From contig NW_003314307.1 of assembly GCF_000143415.4 (NCBI RefSeq), positions 630,859 to 694,858 on the forward strand: a stretch of 64,000 nt of DNA, in the 5' to 3' direction. The stretch is from Selaginella moellendorffii (lineage: Eukaryota > Plantae > Lycopodiophyta). How positions within the stretch are numbered: the stretch's first letter is position 1; each line of letters starts with the position of its first letter. Shown here piece by piece: positions 61,099-64,000 of the stretch. The notes below the pieces were generated by a model. That model saw only the letters and a list, made by a program, of their open reading frames with translations, was not told the origin of the DNA and did not search any database. Both the position numbers and the translations under genes were made by a program.

Positions 61099-61354
61099 AG
61101 TTGAGAACCCTAAAAGTATCTTTTCCCCATTTAGGATATTCGTTTAGGGCTTTAACGGTTTGACACCTGCGCCCTTTTCGGAGACAATCACACTAAAATT
61201 TATTACAAGAATCCATGACCACTTTAATGCCGAAAGATACAATCCTTCAACCGTTTCAACGAACTTTCCTCGCGGAATTTCTAGCTCTAATCCGCCATTT
61301 GAACAGGTCACCCGCATCCGACGGTCGAGCGGCGTGGGCCGTAAATCTGGGCTC

Positions 61355-61548
61355 GGTCAAGCCGCCGCTGGGAAAAGCTCAGTCAACTCTGGTCAGGAGC
61401 TCCGCGGGTCAAAGAGGGCGGTCAAGGAAAATCGTTTGACCGGGGCAAGAGCTCGTGCGCGGGGTACATGGGTCAAACTTGGTCAAACACCCGGTGGCTG
61501 CAGAGATTAAGCACACAGATTCTTCTGGAATTTTCAAATGTGTTGACT
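61355..61548. promoter_or_regulatory. Cluster of eight W-boxes (TTGACY) upstream of the WRKY gene
   Basis: RGTCAA/TTGACY at 61355, 61381, 61407, 61420, 61436, 61471, 61481 and 61543. Confidence 0.75.
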
Positions 61549-61938
61549 GTGGACTGGAAAACCCCAAAGAGTGGATTTCAGACGGCCGCGGAGTCCTTTT
61601 TCCTTCTTGTCAACGTTCCAAGCTCTGTAAATTCTTCGCTTGAGCGCGTATAGATGCATGGAATGGATTCCAATTTCCAACGATCTGTGAGATAAAGGAG
61701 TGATCGATCGAGATTTATCGACAGACAAGCATAGAGCTCATAAAAGAGGGATTTTGATGATCGTGAAAGACAAAGAATGCCGTGTTTCCAGGATGCGAGG
61801 AAGATGAATCCGAGCTAGTCCGCTGGAGATACCAGACAAAGGAGAGGTTTTCTTGGCTTGTTCTTGGTGGGAATGTGATTCCGCCTCTGCTAGAAGAGAG
61901 AGAAGTCGATCACTGGTCGACCGATGAGAGACTGAGAG

Positions 61939-63887
61939 ATGGATCAGCAGCAAAAACAAGAGCAATCGAGCTCGTCCTCGAGCTACCAGCAGCTTCTCAA
62001 ATCGGAGGTGAGCAAAGGGTGTGCGCAAGTCCGCCAATTCGAGCAGAAGCTCCATTCCTTGATCCAATCCCCAGCATTCTACCCCACGCTCATCTTCGAC
62101 GCCACCGCGATCATCTCCACCTTCGCCAACGTCATCGCGCAGCTCAACCGGGGCGATCCCACGCAAGCAATTACAGCCGCCGCCGCCGCGGCGGCGATCA
62201 CGATCCCCACTACAGCTCCTTCTCTTCTCATCCGGCCCTCGTTAGAGCTGCCCACAGTGCCCAGCAGCTCCACCGCGTCGTCCTCGCCAATGACTTGCAG
62301 CCCAATCCGAGCTTCAACGCCGCCACACTCGCCCCCAAATCTAGCGCTCTCGAGCCCTCACACGACGAGCAGCAGTAGCCCGGCATTGACGCCTTCCACC
62401 ACACCGGAAGGATCGCCAAACAATCCACCGTGCACGGCGGCGCTGGATGGAGCGGCGGAAGGCGGCGGCGCCATGGACGAATTCCCAGCTTCTGGGATTG
62501 GGAGGAAGAGGTGAGCCGGGTTTTTTTTTGTGGTTTAGGGCTCTTATTTCTCCATTTCTCCTCTACCAGGAAGTGCTTGCCCAAGCGCGTGGTGAAGCAG
62601 CGCGCCAACAGCAACGAGCATGGGAGCGAAGCTCCGGCCGACGATGGATTCACCTGGCGCAAGTACGGGCAAAAGGATATCCTCAATTCCAAGTTTCCCA
62701 GGTATGATCCTCGATCTCGATCTAGCGCCAGTAAGTAGCTCGCTCAATGCCGTGTAGCTCTCGCGATGCGGTGGAGAGACCTCGTTTTCTTGGATGATTT
62801 CTCACTGTCCTGGGAGGATTTTCTTCTTGATTCGTACTGACGGTTTCTTTGGATTCCAAGCTTTGAGATTTTGCGTATCTTCACTTCGATAGCTATCGAT
62901 TGTGATGTCTCATCGTTTCCTTTGATACAGTCTTTGCATGTCAGTTTTCTTGCGATAGTTCTCTCAGGGGGTTGTTCAGGCAGCGCTAGCTCGTCTCACT
63001 CGAGAATCGAGAATTTCCTTCTAACGTGTGATTTATATTCTCTCTCTTCCAGGAGCTACTACCGTTGCACTCACCAAAAAGAACTTGGCTGCCAAGCGAC
63101 CAAGTACGTCCAGAAGTGCGAAGACGAGCCATCCATGTACCAGGTGACTTACATCGGCGAGCACTCATGCCAGAACGCGCAAAGCAACAGCTTCTGGAGA
63201 TCGGGGCTCTCCGCCAGACCGCTTATCTTCGCGATGAATCCCGGACAATCAGCAGCGGCAGTAGCAGCGTCACTCACGCTCCCGAGCTCGGGGATCCATT
63301 CCACTCCACCGTCTCTCGCGTCTCGGCTCGAAGAAATGAGTGCCTCCCGCCTCACGCTCTCGCCGTCGAGGCCCTCCACTACCGGTTTCAACCTCTTGAG
63401 ACCGGCTGCTTCGCTCACTTCTCCGAGCCAGTGGACGACTCCGAGATTTGGAGTCGCTTGCCCAGTGAAGTCCGAGCCACTCGCATCTCCTCCGCTGCAG
63501 CTAGCAACAACGACGAGCCAGCAAGAGCCATCGCCGTCGAGCCTCGACACTGACAGGCGATTGCTCAGAATGTCGCTGGGAAGCAGCATGACGGTGGCAG
63601 CAGCAGAATCATCATCGCTGCATTCATCTTCGTCGTCCACACCACCGCCGCCGCCGCCACCGCCACCATCTTCGTCCTCACCGGTTGCCGCTACCACCAC
63701 AGTTGCTGTCACTGCTGGAGAGCACGAAAACATCCAAGAACTTTGGAACCTGGGGGAGCTTCCGGAGGTTGGCATGGACACGGCCTCCCTGGAAGACATC
63801 CCAAAGAGATCGTCGTCCTTGACAGACATAGCTTACCTCCAGGACATTATGGGCTACGACCCCATGCTCTTCGACTCGGACAACTGA
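61939..63887 (+). CDS. Group III WRKY transcription factor; exons 61939-62510, 62570-62701, 63053-63887
   Basis: DDGFTWRKYGQKDILNSKFPR|SYYRCTHQKELGC..YIGEHSC (C2HC zinc finger). Confidence 0.95.
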
Positions 63888-64000
63888 AAGTGGTCTTCTA
63901 ACAATTCTTTTTCCTGCGGCGAAGCTAGCGATATCAGTTTTGTAAAGCAGTTCTTTTAATCATAGCTTTCCTTTTCTTTTTCACTGCTTTTGTCGAGTTT

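Overview
Plant nuclear DNA, most likely a lycophyte such as Selaginella (inferred from 50-75 nt introns, tight gene packing and a 31-aa SS-type PPR array). Bases 1-23.4 kb are a nested transposon block. A decayed Ty3/gypsy element (6321-23370, minus) sits in a TA/TATG microsatellite, and its RT is split by a 14.2 kb insertion built from one non-coding LTR family. That insertion holds a young intact non-autonomous copy (12095-19356, ~99% identical LTRs, AAGGG TSD), a ~0.7 kb inverted repeat, and a 74-bp mini-element made of two inverted LTR U3 ends. Bases 23.8-64 kb are gene-rich: B-lectin fusion protein, DUF604 glycosyltransferase, RPS5, cytosolic FBPase, two tandem ABA/WDS (ASR) genes, a FAD oxidoreductase, MIC60, PPRs, PRKRIP1, an R2R3-MYB, a VOC/glyoxalase and a group III WRKY. 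Three leads stand out: (1) a kinase-less LRR receptor-like protein whose ectodomain and island domain resemble BRL1/BRL3 brassinosteroid receptors; (2) an unrecognised secreted domain present as a free protein (50113-50646), fused to a B-lectin (23829-24767) and as a pseudogene; (3) signs that the LTR family integrates as inverted U3-U3 molecules. All alignments were done by eye and family assignments come from remembered sequences, so they need database confirmation.
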